A DNA stretch of 64,000 nt from positions 11,036,001-11,100,000 of the forward strand of contig CP075497.1 of NCBI GenBank assembly GCA_021613535.1, written 5' to 3'. The notes under the pieces were generated by a model. That model had not been told where the DNA came from, did no database searches, and worked only from the letters and a program-made list of their open reading frames with translations. Source of the stretch: Adineta vaga (Eukaryota > Animalia > Rotifera). Made by a program: the position numbers and the translations under genes. Below are positions 12,647-24,160 of this stretch, in pieces; positions within the stretch are counted from its first letter, which is position 1, and each line of letters opens with the position of its first letter.

Positions 12647-14913
12647 TCAGATGAAAAGGTTCGATTGTCTTTGAAAGAGTTGTTCATGAATAATATTTTC
12701 GAAGAAGATCGACATTTGATAAACGCCAATAAGAACACCTATGATACATAAGTGACAAATATATATATATATGTAGTTAGTTTTGATAGTATTACCAAGA
12801 GTAAGTGGTGTAAGTTGATCAAGTGAGATAACTGTATATGGAGAAGAAAGTTTTTCCATGATAATAAGTTTCATTTTGCCAGGAATAATATCAGATTCAT
12901 TTTTTATATGATTACGAATGATAATAAAATCGTATGAGACAAAATTTTCATCATCTGATATTTTCTGTTCATTTATATTCTCATATTTAGTCAATAAAAT
13001 TTGAGTAAACTCCCCTAGAATCGTTACTCTTCATAATTTCAAAAGATTTTCTAACCAATTTACTTACGAAAACGTTCTAATTCATCATTACAAGTCATAA
13101 TTCGAATTGTTTTATTCGAACATAAAGTTAACCATATACGTAAAAGTGCCATTTGTATGCAAACATTTCTTTCCATTATCATTTCTCGACAATGGTTATC
13201 GACAATAGTCATACCATCGATTAAATTCGAATAGATTCTATAAACATAAGAAATGATAAATCGAAAAACTAACTATTGTTTACTCATCATTGATTGTTAA
13301 TGCAGTAGGTAAGATTAGAATGGATGAAATAATAATTGACATATGATCTAAATCATCATGTTCTGTTGGCCAAAGAAATAAATTTGTTTTTGGTATAGTA
13401 AAACACTTTTGTGCATATTGATAATCACATGTTATCAACCAGAAATGTTCAATAACATCAGATATTGTCGCTTGTTTGGATTGTAGATTTGAATTATGAA
13501 GAATATCAATGTACCATCGAATAAGCTAGTCATTTCAGAATTAGATAGTTATGTATTTCTGTAAAACATACTGCTTGGAAATAATTTTCATCGAATTGTT
13601 TCATGAATATGAGAATGAGTGATGATAATCGAAAGTATGTTGATTTTTCCAATAATCTTGCATGATATTGAAATATTCTTTCTATATTGATGATAAAGAA
13701 AATTTCTCTTACTCAGATTCAACTGTATTTTGATTTTGCTGTGAAAATGATTCGTTATGAAGTGTCTTCTGATCGGATAATTGATATTTTAATAGAAATG
13801 GTTTGATTTGTTCAAATGTCAAGTATATAATCGAAATATTCGAAGAAATATATGGTTTTAATAACGATTCTAATAGTTGATAGATTTGTTTCATTTCTTG
13901 TGAACATAAAACAAGTAGAATTGGTTTGGAATTAGAGTTCAATAGATCATGATCTAATCTACTGAAGATCGTATGTGTTTCGAAAATTAGTACATATCAA
14001 AATTTACTTAGGATTGATAAAACTATGGAAACGAAGGCAAGTATCTCGTATAATAGTTCGATCATAATGAAATCGAGGTGATATATCAATGCCATTGAGA
14101 ATAAAACAATGAGTTAAACTACGAAAATGTACAGCTTTTGCCATTGTTAAATAACAATTCGTTTTCTCCTTTGAATTCAATCTTCTATTCGAATCAAAAA
14201 TATATTTCATTGAATAAATGCGAATAGTCAGAGTATTTACGGTGAAATTAACGGAGAATGCAAATGAGTTGAGTTAGATTTTTGATCAAATCGATTCGAA
14301 GATATTTTATAATAACTTTTCTGTTCGTTTTGCAATTCAATTCGACGTTTTTCTCCATAATCAACATGATGATATTCATCTGAAATTATCCTAATTATTT
14401 ATATCGTTTACAAGACTTATTTCATGAAAACTAACTTAATTTATCGAAGATTTTTTCAATAAATCTATCTAAATTAGACAAACGGACGAATTGCAGTAAT
14501 CTCATATAAATCTCATCATTAATTGATTGTTTTGAAAAATCAAAAACTATATTTCCATCTTCCGTGATCATGGAAAAAGTAGACGTATAAAAATCTTCTT
14601 TTTCTCTCAATTGATTGTTTATATGTAATTGTTTCAGTGAATGAATGTGTGATAATAACAAATCGATTTCTACTGTATCGTCTGTTTTATTATCTGAACT
14701 CCATGGATTACATGGTTGACTTGTTTCCATTAGTTGTTTCATTGTATTATCTAATGGATTTGCAGAATCGAATGAGATATTGATTGGTGTTCTATACAAT
14801 TTTCGTTGATGAATGTGCCCGCGTTCAGATGAAGATCGAAGTTTTTCAAAATAACATTGATCACCTCCTAGAGAACTTGTTGACAACATATCATTTTTCG
14901 GACTATTCATCAT
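12647..14913 (-). CDS. Highly divergent glucose-6-phosphate isomerase-like protein lacking catalytic motifs (pseudoenzyme)
   Basis: Spliced ORF colinear with PGI: IVFDFSKQSINDE (cf. ILVDYSKNLVTED), AVHFRSL..ILNGIDISP, ESLLKPY, EHFWLIT, NLFLW, DNHCREMIMERNVCIQMALLRIW, DQLTPLTLGVLIGVYQMSIF. Confidence 0.75.
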
Positions 14914-15265
14914 TATCAGAATTGATCATCAAACAGAATATTAATAATGTTGCTAAGTAAATAAATGAGAATATTATCTTGTAATTTTCATGAAAATCTA
15001 TTGTTTCTTGAGTTTTCGTTTTTTTTTCATTAATAAATCACATGTCGAAATTACAATCAATTTCGCATGCTCGCCAAGTACAGAGTAATCAGAAAACAAG
15101 GAGAAAAAAGCTCGCGAGAAAGAAACAAGAAACAAAGAGAAGAAGTTTGTCACTCGAGTCAAGTAATTTCATATAGAGAAGTTTTAATGTACAATAAGCA
15201 CCAGAAAAAAATTATCTCGAACAAAAAAGAAAAAGGAAAACCGAACAGAACTGTATTTTCGTTTT

Positions 15266-17295
15266 CTAGTAATGAAAGTTAGGCGTAAAATGGGCTGGTA
15301 ACGTTGAAGGTTGATAAAGATGAGCTGGTGGTGGAAGATGAAGTTGTTGTTGATGCGACTCAATTTTCGATGGAATAGGTTTATATATATGTGAACTTGT
15401 TTGTTGTTGTTGATGGTGATGATGTTGTTGTTTATTTTCCTCATCACTGTCATCATCATTATCGTCTTCGTTTTCATCATCATCATCATCGTCGTCATCT
15501 CCAATATTATCAACTTGTCGAGATAAAATATCATCACCATCAGGTTCATTCATAGAATCATCATCATCATCGTCATCGTCTGACTGATTCGTTCGCGGTG
15601 AACTCACCGATGATGGATTACCACCCATTCCATGAGTATTTAGCGATGGATTATGATAATTATTCATCATATGATTAGGATTATTATTTGCATGATTAGA
15701 CATATCTTCTTCAAGAAATCTTGTGCATTTCTTCTTTCGTCGACAATGTTTACACCATTGACTTTGACCTTCTAAACCAAATCGAGCTCGACATTTCTTT
15801 TGATTTAAACAATCTGAAAAACAAATAGATGTTCGATAATTTTCCCCCAGTTCATTCTATCTCTTTTTACCATTCTCTAATTGCATTGGATTTTTATTCG
15901 AATTCATATGTGGACTATTGATTAAATGATGTTGATGTCCAAATCGATGTGGACTACCATGATGCATATGTCCAGGACTATTTACCATCGAATTATTTTC
16001 TCTTGGTGGTTTCTTATTTGAATTATTTAATACAGGTGTATGACCACTTGATTGTCGTTTCTTCTTCAAACCATAATTGTCTCTTGCTGACCAACCAGGA
16101 TACAATTGCATATGACGATTACGTTCAACTTTAGCTAGTTCTATAAAATTCACAATGAAAACGTTCCGAACACGAATTCTGACTTTTTCTTACCGTAATA
16201 TTTATCTTGTTCTGCTCGTGGTAATTCTTTCCATTTCTGTCCTAGAACTTTATTTATTGCAGATGATTCTTTTAATGTACATTCTTCAATAACATGTGCA
16301 CGTTGTTCTTTCATATAAAGCATGAAAGCGTTTAGAGGCTTTTTTATATGAGGTTTCTTTGGACGTTGAGCATCAAGTAACGCACTGAGACTATAGGAAG
16401 AAGGTATAAAAATGATCTTGACAAAAACAAAATTCAACATACTTTCGAGGAGATCCATCATAGTTTTGATGATGACGATTCGAAGATGTTGAAGACGACG
16501 ACGATGCAGAAGGAGGTGGAGGAGGTCGAACACCGGGTGTAGGAATAGGAATACCGAATGGATTGAAAAGATTTGGTCGAAATGATTGATTAACCATTCC
16601 AGGTGGATATAGTGAAGGAAAAGGCATACCTTCGAATATAAATGATTCTTAATTATTCATAAAAACTTAAATCAATCCTTACCTGGATTAAAACCAGTAA
16701 ACGCCGAAGGTCCAGCACCATATGGATTTGAAGGTGATGGGGTCGATCCATCTGCTGCTGACTTATCCTAAAAAAAAGCATTTTAGTTCAACGCTACAAA
16801 ACAAATAGATTTATTTACTGTAGATGAAACAGCAGCATTTGCTTGTGCAGCTGCAGCCATTAAATATGGATGAAACATCGGATGAAAATATGGATAAAGA
16901 AATGGTGATGCGTATAAACCCGAAAGACCACCACCTAATCCATCATTCTTATTTGGACTTGTCTAAAAGAAAAACAAATTCATAGAAATAATCTCATCCT
17001 AATTAAATAAACTTACTGGTTCTTCAACAACCGGTGAAAGTCGATCTTCAATTCCATCAACATCAATATCATCATCTGGTTCATTCTTTTTTATTGTTGA
17101 TGCAGAGAATACTTTGACTTCATCGGTGCCATCTTCCATTTTAATTGTTGTTATTGTTTCATCATTGGTATTGCTACTACCTGTAATTGAACGTTGTTTA
17201 GGATTTGTTGATGTCGTAGAAATTGATGAGGGAGACGTTAATGGTGATAAAGGACGTTGTTTTTTAGTAGGTGTTTGAAATTGAGATGCCATCAT
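15266..17295 (-). CDS. TCF: TCF/LEF (pangolin) Wnt effector: beta-catenin-binding N-terminus, HMG box, basic tail, C-clamp
   Basis: DEVKVF motif; [23 protein letters not shown]...[13 protein letters not shown]...[15 protein letters not shown]; KKKR; C-clamp [25 protein letters not shown] (~15725-15800); poly-Asp and His/Gln C-terminus. Confidence 0.96.
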
Positions 17296-17338
17296 TATGT
17301 TTCTTTTTTTCTTTTAAAATCGAGACATTATTGCTTGT

Positions 17339-17681
17339 CTTTGATCATTGAAAACGATGGGTGGAGTAAAAGAGCAGTCGCAAATCGTCCTTTTTTTTGT
17401 TTTACAAAGCGGCAGTATGTTTGAACTGACCTTCAAATAGAACAAGAAAAGAAAAGGGAATGATGTTCATTCACCATCCACTCATTTCTTTCGTCGTCGT
17501 CGTCGTCCGTTCGCTGAGAATGAAGAAGAAAGAACAATGACATGGCTCACTTCGTTCTCGCTCTCATTTGGCGGCCACTGGTCAAGGCCGACGGACGGTA
17601 GTCGATAAAAAAAGAAAACGAACGCCAACCGACTGTCAAAAGAAAGTAACACATTGACGGCAAGACAACATTGTCGGCGGC
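17339..17681. promoter_or_regulatory. Putative Wnt-response element upstream of TCF: HMG site plus GCCGCCR helper sites
   Basis: CTTTGATC at 17339-17346; ACAAAGCGGC at 17404-17413; TGGCGGC (=GCCGCCA) at 17569-17575; CGGCGGC (=GCCGCCG) at 17675-17681, in AT-rich DNA. Confidence 0.4.
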
Positions 17682-18239
17682 AAGAGTGAGAGAGAACGAA
17701 GGAGAAAGAGAAAGAGAAGAAAACAAAATTAACGCCACGACGAATACATCTGCGTTCATCATATTTGTATATTCGAGCGAAAGAGAACGAGAGAGAGAAA
17801 CGAACAAATGGCCTCTATATTTCGATGAAATTTCGATATCGATTAGAAGCAATGAGCAAATAAAATAGATTTGAAATTTGTTTCATGTTTTTAAACGATT
17901 GTTAAATATTAGGAATGTATCAAAGATGAAAATTAATACTATATTTTTCACTAAATTATTCGTAACATTAACATATTCATTATAATGAAAGTGATATACT
18001 TAGAGATGCCCTTTGATTGAAATTAAGTTTTATTAGAAAGATTCATTGTATTGTATCAGTGGTACAGTGCTCGGCTACTAGAAAGCAATTGGTGGAAAAA
18101 ATTTAGATGAAATTTTTATTTGTGTATTTATATAATGAAAATAAACTACAAAAGTAGTAAAAAGTCTATACTAGCGATATATAATAGCTAAGAATCTTTA
18201 TTAGTTTAGATATAATTCAGGCAATGATCAATGAAAATC

Positions 18240-18602
18240 TCTTTTTCGAAAAGATGAATGAGTTGATTTTTTATCAACGTTAAATAATACAAGACAATAT
18301 AGATCAGACTAATCAGCAGCATTTAAAACACGTTTCATTGATGTAGATTTAATAGCCATATGTTGGATTTTATCATGAATTGTAGGTAAAATTTGTGAAC
18401 AAAATCGATGTAGTATTGTTTCATCAGAAAGTCGATCAATAAAACTTAATTGTTTTATAAAAATTGATTTTCGAATAATTCGATTTAGTCGTTGATTAAC
18501 ACCTTGTAAAGAATAATGTATATCAAAATTGTTTAATTTTCCTAAAATAATGAGAACAATTTCATCAAGTAAATCATTTAATGTAATATTGAAATCTTCC
18601 AT
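18240..18602 (-). pseudogene. Truncated F-box-like gene of a rotifer-expanded family
   Basis: MEDFNITLNDLLDEIVLIILGKLNNFDIHYSLQGVNQRLNRII is F-box-like. In-frame TAG at 18311-18309, after which the frame briefly continues (SDLYCLVLFNVDKK) and then decays. Confidence 0.65.
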
Positions 18603-19832
18603 ATTTATTCTAATTTAATCCAATGAACATATGATCGATATTTATATATGTAGTTGTAAGAAAATGGTTCCAATAAACGTTCTGATAGTTATAATGAAAA
18701 AAAAAGACAACTGATAATCGGAAAGAAAATTTCATCAGGGGTATTCTGAGAAGAGACAGTATAGTTATTGTTTGTCGATGAAATTCTTCGTTCTAAGGAG
18801 ATAATCACGGCATTAATTTCATACAATCGTTTGATTTTATAATTCATTTATCACTTATGATTGAGATTTATTTTTTGACAAAAGAAAATAGCTTTTCTTT
18901 ACCATGGTAAGACGCTAGAGTTTATTACCATACTTATATGCGATGAGTTGACTCGCTTATGTCACAATTATCACATCAATTTTGAATGTAATTTTTTTTA
19001 TTAAAACACATCTCACCATAATTTATTTGTATTCTTGATATTGGTAAAGATGAACCTGAAGAAGATCTATCTTCATCCATCTGAGTAGGTATATATTATT
19101 CTGAATGTTTTCGATCTTGCTTTAAAAAAGTCTTTTTATGTTCTGAGATTCATCATTCAACCCTTTTAGAAAATTCGTAGCTTCCAACTTTAACTTTCCA
19201 TAGTTTTGTAATAAATGGCAAAGTTCCATATATTCACGACGAAGTCACTAACAGTTTTAAAAAAATATCAGAATTTTGTACATATGCTGCGGAATAATCA
19301 ATAGTTATGTATTAAACAAGCAATTCTGCATAGATGACTAAAATACTCGTATTGTTGTCGAAGAAATTCGAATTGAAAATTATGTTGAAATGAAATGTTT
19401 GTTTAAATAATTCTTCATATTTCATTTAAATTCAGAATAAAACAAAAAATCATATTTTCTCAGATTTACTAGCTTCACCTAGTGGATAATACACATATGA
19501 GGAAAGTAATGAATCATCTGATACTCTTTTAGAACGATAACAACGTAAATATTGTTTGTAGTGATATTAAGATAAATCCTTGAACTGATCATACTGATAA
19601 AACAAAGTAGATGTCATGAATAAATCATATCTATAGTTTATTGATGTTCTAAGTAAAAGCTAAAATCATTCACCCGTAAACAATAGGAAAATATTGACAA
19701 AAACAATCTATCTTGTTGACGTAACGAACAAAAATTATCAACGATTAACTAAAAATCTGTCATGCATAACTGCTTAGAAATATTTTTTACATAATACATT
19801 GATATATTCAGCTTGTGTACTGTTACTATCTC

Positions 19833-20027
19833 ATGGATAGTTCTAAAGACAACGTGGAACATGACATTCAAGGAAAAGCTCTCGATGCTAAAATCGACAA
19901 AGATGATGATCCTGCTAAACCACCATCGTCACAAAAAGATTCGATTTCAATAACATCGAAAGCCGAATCTGCCAAAAATCCCGATGCATGTAAAGGTGAA
20001 TGCAAATCATCGGATCCAAAACATTAA
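19833..20027 (+). CDS. Small hydrophilic protein, diverged paralog of the adjacent Grg1-like gene
   Basis: MDSSKDNVEH...DPAKPPSSQKDS...KAESAKNPDACKGECK...KH aligns with DPRQKPSDRVDA...KAAIKADEHGCKAECHKEKH. Confidence 0.6.
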   Translation: MDSSKDNVEHDIQGKALDAKIDKDDDPAKPPSSQKDSISITSKAESAKNPDACKGECKSSDPKH

Positions 20028-20499
20028 AAATAAAGCAGTTTTCTATTTCAATTTGTATTTAATTAAGCAAAACTCTATTTTTCTCTTAAATAAATATTCA
20101 ATAAAAATATAACGTATACACACGCACACCTCTTTCCTATCTTTGTACTAGTTAAAACAGTGTCATGCTATAGAACACGTGCTATGGAGGAACATGATGA
20201 ATCATATTATTTCTATTCTCTGACCTCGATTTTACTTAACTCCGATCAATTTGAGGAAGAAAACGTTCGAGAACAGTTGGGAAGAAGAAAAGAGAAAAAA
20301 AACAAGTCCGAGAAAGAAAAAAGAGTACGTTGTTTCTTCCTATTTCTCCTACTATATATAGAAGTGCGTAGTTTAGCTGCTCTATCACATTTTTTTCTCA
20401 CACAAACTACTATATTTCATTCTTATTAAACAAATGTATGTATGAAAAAATATTTTTATTTGCGTTGTTTTTATGTTATAATTTTTATCAATAGAACAA

Positions 20500-20706
20500 A
20501 TGGATGCTATCAAAGCTGGTATTGAAAAAGTAAAAGAAACTGTTGAAACGAAAAAAGTTGAAGAAAACGTAGAGAAGGCTCATGATCCAAGACAAAAACC
20601 AAGTGATCGTGTTGATGCTGCATTTGAAGCCGGTAAAGCTGCAATCAAAGCTGATGAACATGGTTGCAAAGCAGAATGTCATAAGGAAAAACATGCATCT
20701 AGTTAA
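20500..20706 (+). CDS. Small hydrophilic helical protein resembling fungal glucose-repressible protein Grg1/CCG-1
   Basis: 68 aa with pattern E.N.E.A.D..Q....R..AA..A.........H..KAE.HK; TATA-like box 20353-20361; 5'UTR intron 20436-20494. Confidence 0.75.
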   Translation: MDAIKAGIEKVKETVETKKVEENVEKAHDPRQKPSDRVDAAFEAGKAAIKADEHGCKAECHKEKHASS

Positions 20707-22525
20707 ACAATCGCAATAATAGATAAAATTTCAATATCGCTTTTGTTATTTATTCCAGCATTTTGCCTTTATTGTAAATACTATATTGGTATTTTGTATA
20801 CTTCATTTTTATGATGTAATTGTGAATAAAAAATTGAAATAAAGCAATATCTTTGTCTCTATTTTGGCCAAATGGCGCACTGTCATCACGTCGGAATAAC
20901 CGCAAAGTTATTCTGTTATAGATCAGCAAGTACGGAAGTGCAGAAGAAAATGTTGTAACGATTTTTTTGTGATGCATTATAAATACGATAAGTTTCTCGA
21001 TGGGGGAAAAACTAATAATGTGATAGTATCATCGTTTTCTCGTTTTAATTCATATTGACGAATTTCCTATAAGTTATGTTTTGAAGAAATGTACTTGTAT
21101 CAGATGAATTGTATAATATTCAAAGTATTTTCATAATTACTTTCTTTTCTGTTCTAGTGTTACCTTGAGGGATGTCATCTACTAATCATAAAACTGTAAT
21201 AGTAAGAGTAAATCGTTGTTCTATCTCTTTTCGGATATTGTAAATACAGATAAAGAATTCACATTACATGATCTTCTATACTTTCATTCGTCCACACAGC
21301 GTTGATTTGTTGTTAACGTATCATTATGTGAGAGAAGAGTTTGATCAAGCCTCGTAGACTTTATAATATGCTTTTGAAAGATTAAATCTCAATATTTTGC
21401 AAGAGGAACATTTTGCTAATCACTGACTTAGATTTGAATTAAAATCTATCGACAAGTAAGTTACCAAAATGTATCAACAATCTTTTCTGCTTCATTATTT
21501 TAAAATTTATGAAGAGATCAATTTTGTATAGAAACAATTGAAAATGAGAAACCGTTTGAGTTCAACAAATCTAAATGATTGAGTCAATGAATGACAAAAT
21601 GCAACTAAGAACTCGTCATTAGATACAACCGATTGATAAAACAGTCTATTTTCTATATGAAAAGCCTATGAAAAAGATGTTTTTTTTTCCGAACTAGAAA
21701 GTGATAATGAACAGAGAAATCAAAGATACAGCAAGTTCATACTACATTGCATTTATCGTCAAACAAATAGTATAGACCAGGAAAGATACTTATGTTAACA
21801 GCTAAATAATTTTTAAATATAGTCTTTTCATTTCAAGCTGATAAAGTGCAATTATGCTCCGAGTTTCTATATATCTACAATGAAAACAAATTCTTCTTTG
21901 AAAAGTTTATATATGATATTTTGTGAGTCTAATAATTACAAAAAATACTCGAGTTTCTCATTGACAACAGAAACCTAAAATAAGTTCAGTAGTTTCTTCT
22001 TCCTATGCTTTCTGTATGGATACTGTCTGCCAATTGTACGTAAAAAGGTCATATGGATTTGACATGCATGTATAAATGATGTTAGCTTTTAATATGAAGT
22101 TCTCCTATCTTTTTTTCATCAAAGAAAGAAACACGAAATAGAACTCTCGCTAAAAACATTTTCAAAAATGCATATGAATAAGTCTACAAAACTGGAGAAA
22201 TTCGCACAAAAAGAACGAATCTTGTAAGTAAAAATAAATAGATAATATGAAGTACTTTTAAAGGCATGCTGCTTTTATGAAATCGTGCACGTGAAAAATC
22301 TTAATACGTGCTGTAATTGACATATACAATGAGATACTTGTATATGACAGCAAAATTATCAGAACTCAGCTGGTTACATTGGTGAATAACTGTAAACTAA
22401 CGTTTCTTCTCGGAGGAAAATACTGCTTTCTAGTTTCCTTTAAACATGACTTCCTCTTCTATCGTTATACAAAGAACTCAGCATACGGTTTGAGAATGAT
22501 TCAATGTAAATAAAAATAGACAACG

Positions 22526-23455
22526 ATGCTAAATATTACAAAGGATTTGACGATAATTCAGACGGAAGTATGGTTTCTTCCATTCGATATTATTATGATT
22601 ATATGTACGTCTTTATCGATTATAGCTGGTCTTCTTTTCTTATTTCTCGCAGTTACAGATCGAACAGGTTGGTCAGTTCAAATGCTTTTAGTTTGTAATT
22701 CATGTTTAGCTGAAATATTTTTAAGTTGCGTATTATTGAGTATGGCAATTTTTACAATACAACAAGATTTAAAGCAAAATACACCTAATATTTCATTCTG
22801 TCGGAGTATAGGTTTTTTAGGCTACGTTTTTGATAGTCTTCAAAATTATTCATATTTTTTAACAGCCATTTATCGCTATATAAGTGTTGTCTATCCAACA
22901 CGAATCGCATGGCAATCAAAAAAATCTCAAATTATTCTTCTTATTATCCAATGGGTGTTTTGTGCCGTTTATGCTTTACCATTATTACTAACTGAACAAA
23001 TAACTTACAATATAGACAATCAAATATGTCAAATTCCTCTTCATTTATCTGTTCCGATAATCTATGTTTCAATAGTGCTTTACTTCATTCCAAATGTTGG
23101 TATTTTTAGTATTTATATTAAACTAACTCGATATGTTCATCAAATGAGTCATCGTACGACAACAACTAATACTTTATTTCATGCACGACGAGAATTAAGA
23201 CTTGTTCAACGTACATTTATTCTTACCAATACTTTGATTATTCTTGGTATTCCGTATGCAATTTTCATTTTTATTTCCTTCTTTACAATACCACCAAAAT
23301 ATCATTTTCGTATTGCATATTTCTTTGCAGATATATCTGTCTTAGCAATTATGATAATATTATACTGTTTTACATCGCAAATTAAAACAAATATTCAACA
23401 GAAATTTAGAACAAGAAATGCAGTTGAGCCTATAGGACAAACAGCTAGAACATAA
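22526..23455 (+). CDS. Intronless rhodopsin-like orphan GPCR
   Basis: 309 aa with seven hydrophobic segments; AIYRYISVVYP (DRY-like), CQIP in ECL2, ILGIPY in TM6. Confidence 0.85.
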   Translation: MLNITKDLTIIQTEVWFLPFDIIMIICTSLSIIAGLLFLFLAVTDRTGWSVQMLLVCNSCLAEIFLSCVLLSMAIFTIQQDLKQNTPNISFCRSIGFLGYVFDSLQNYSYFLTAIYRYISVVYPTRIAWQSKKSQIILLIIQWVFCAVYALPLLLTEQITYNIDNQICQIPLHLSVPIIYVSIVLYFIPNVGIFSIYIKLTRYVHQMSHRTTTTNTLFHARRELRLVQRTFILTNTLIILGIPYAIFIFISFFTIPPKYHFRIAYFFADISVLAIMIILYCFTSQIKTNIQQKFRTRNAVEPIGQTART

Positions 23456-24160
23456 GATTATTCACTTTGAAATACTTTCCTAAATATAAAAAAAACTATT
23501 TTAATAACGTTTTCTTTTGGTTCAATAAATTCATACTCAAATCAACTTGCATTCTAAATACTATAAATACACTCATCACTTCCTCTAAACCGGTCTCTTT
23601 GATATGATCATACACCAGAAATCTATTATTAGATAGATAAAACTATCATAGAAATTTCAGTAGAAAAATTCAATTTCAATCATAGTACAAGCATTAAATT
23701 ATCATAATTTTACCAAAGCTATGCGTTTATTAATATATAATTATTGTTTTATCCTTGACAAAATTTGTAGTACATTACTTATTAATGATGATTTTAATTG
23801 AAGATAAATATATATGTATTCAATGTGAGCTAAGTGCTTAATTAGAGAATATTACGATGTTCTTATAAATGAGCATTGAATATCTGTATTGTATGTATGA
23901 AGCACACAAATTCTCCCAGAAATTTATTGCTAACAGGAGAAGATGAGAATAAAAAGAAAAGAAAGGGAAGAAAATATTCTTCATAAGACAAACACAAGTG
24001 AATATTAGTAAATAATATCGAACAGAAAAGAACAAAATGAGATCATATTTGTTTTTGATGTCTTTTTGTTTTCTTTGAAGCCCAAAAAATTGTATTATGT
24101 AAAAATAGAGTAGAAGAGAATGTCTGGAAAGTTTGTTTCGTTTTGTATATACAAGAATAA

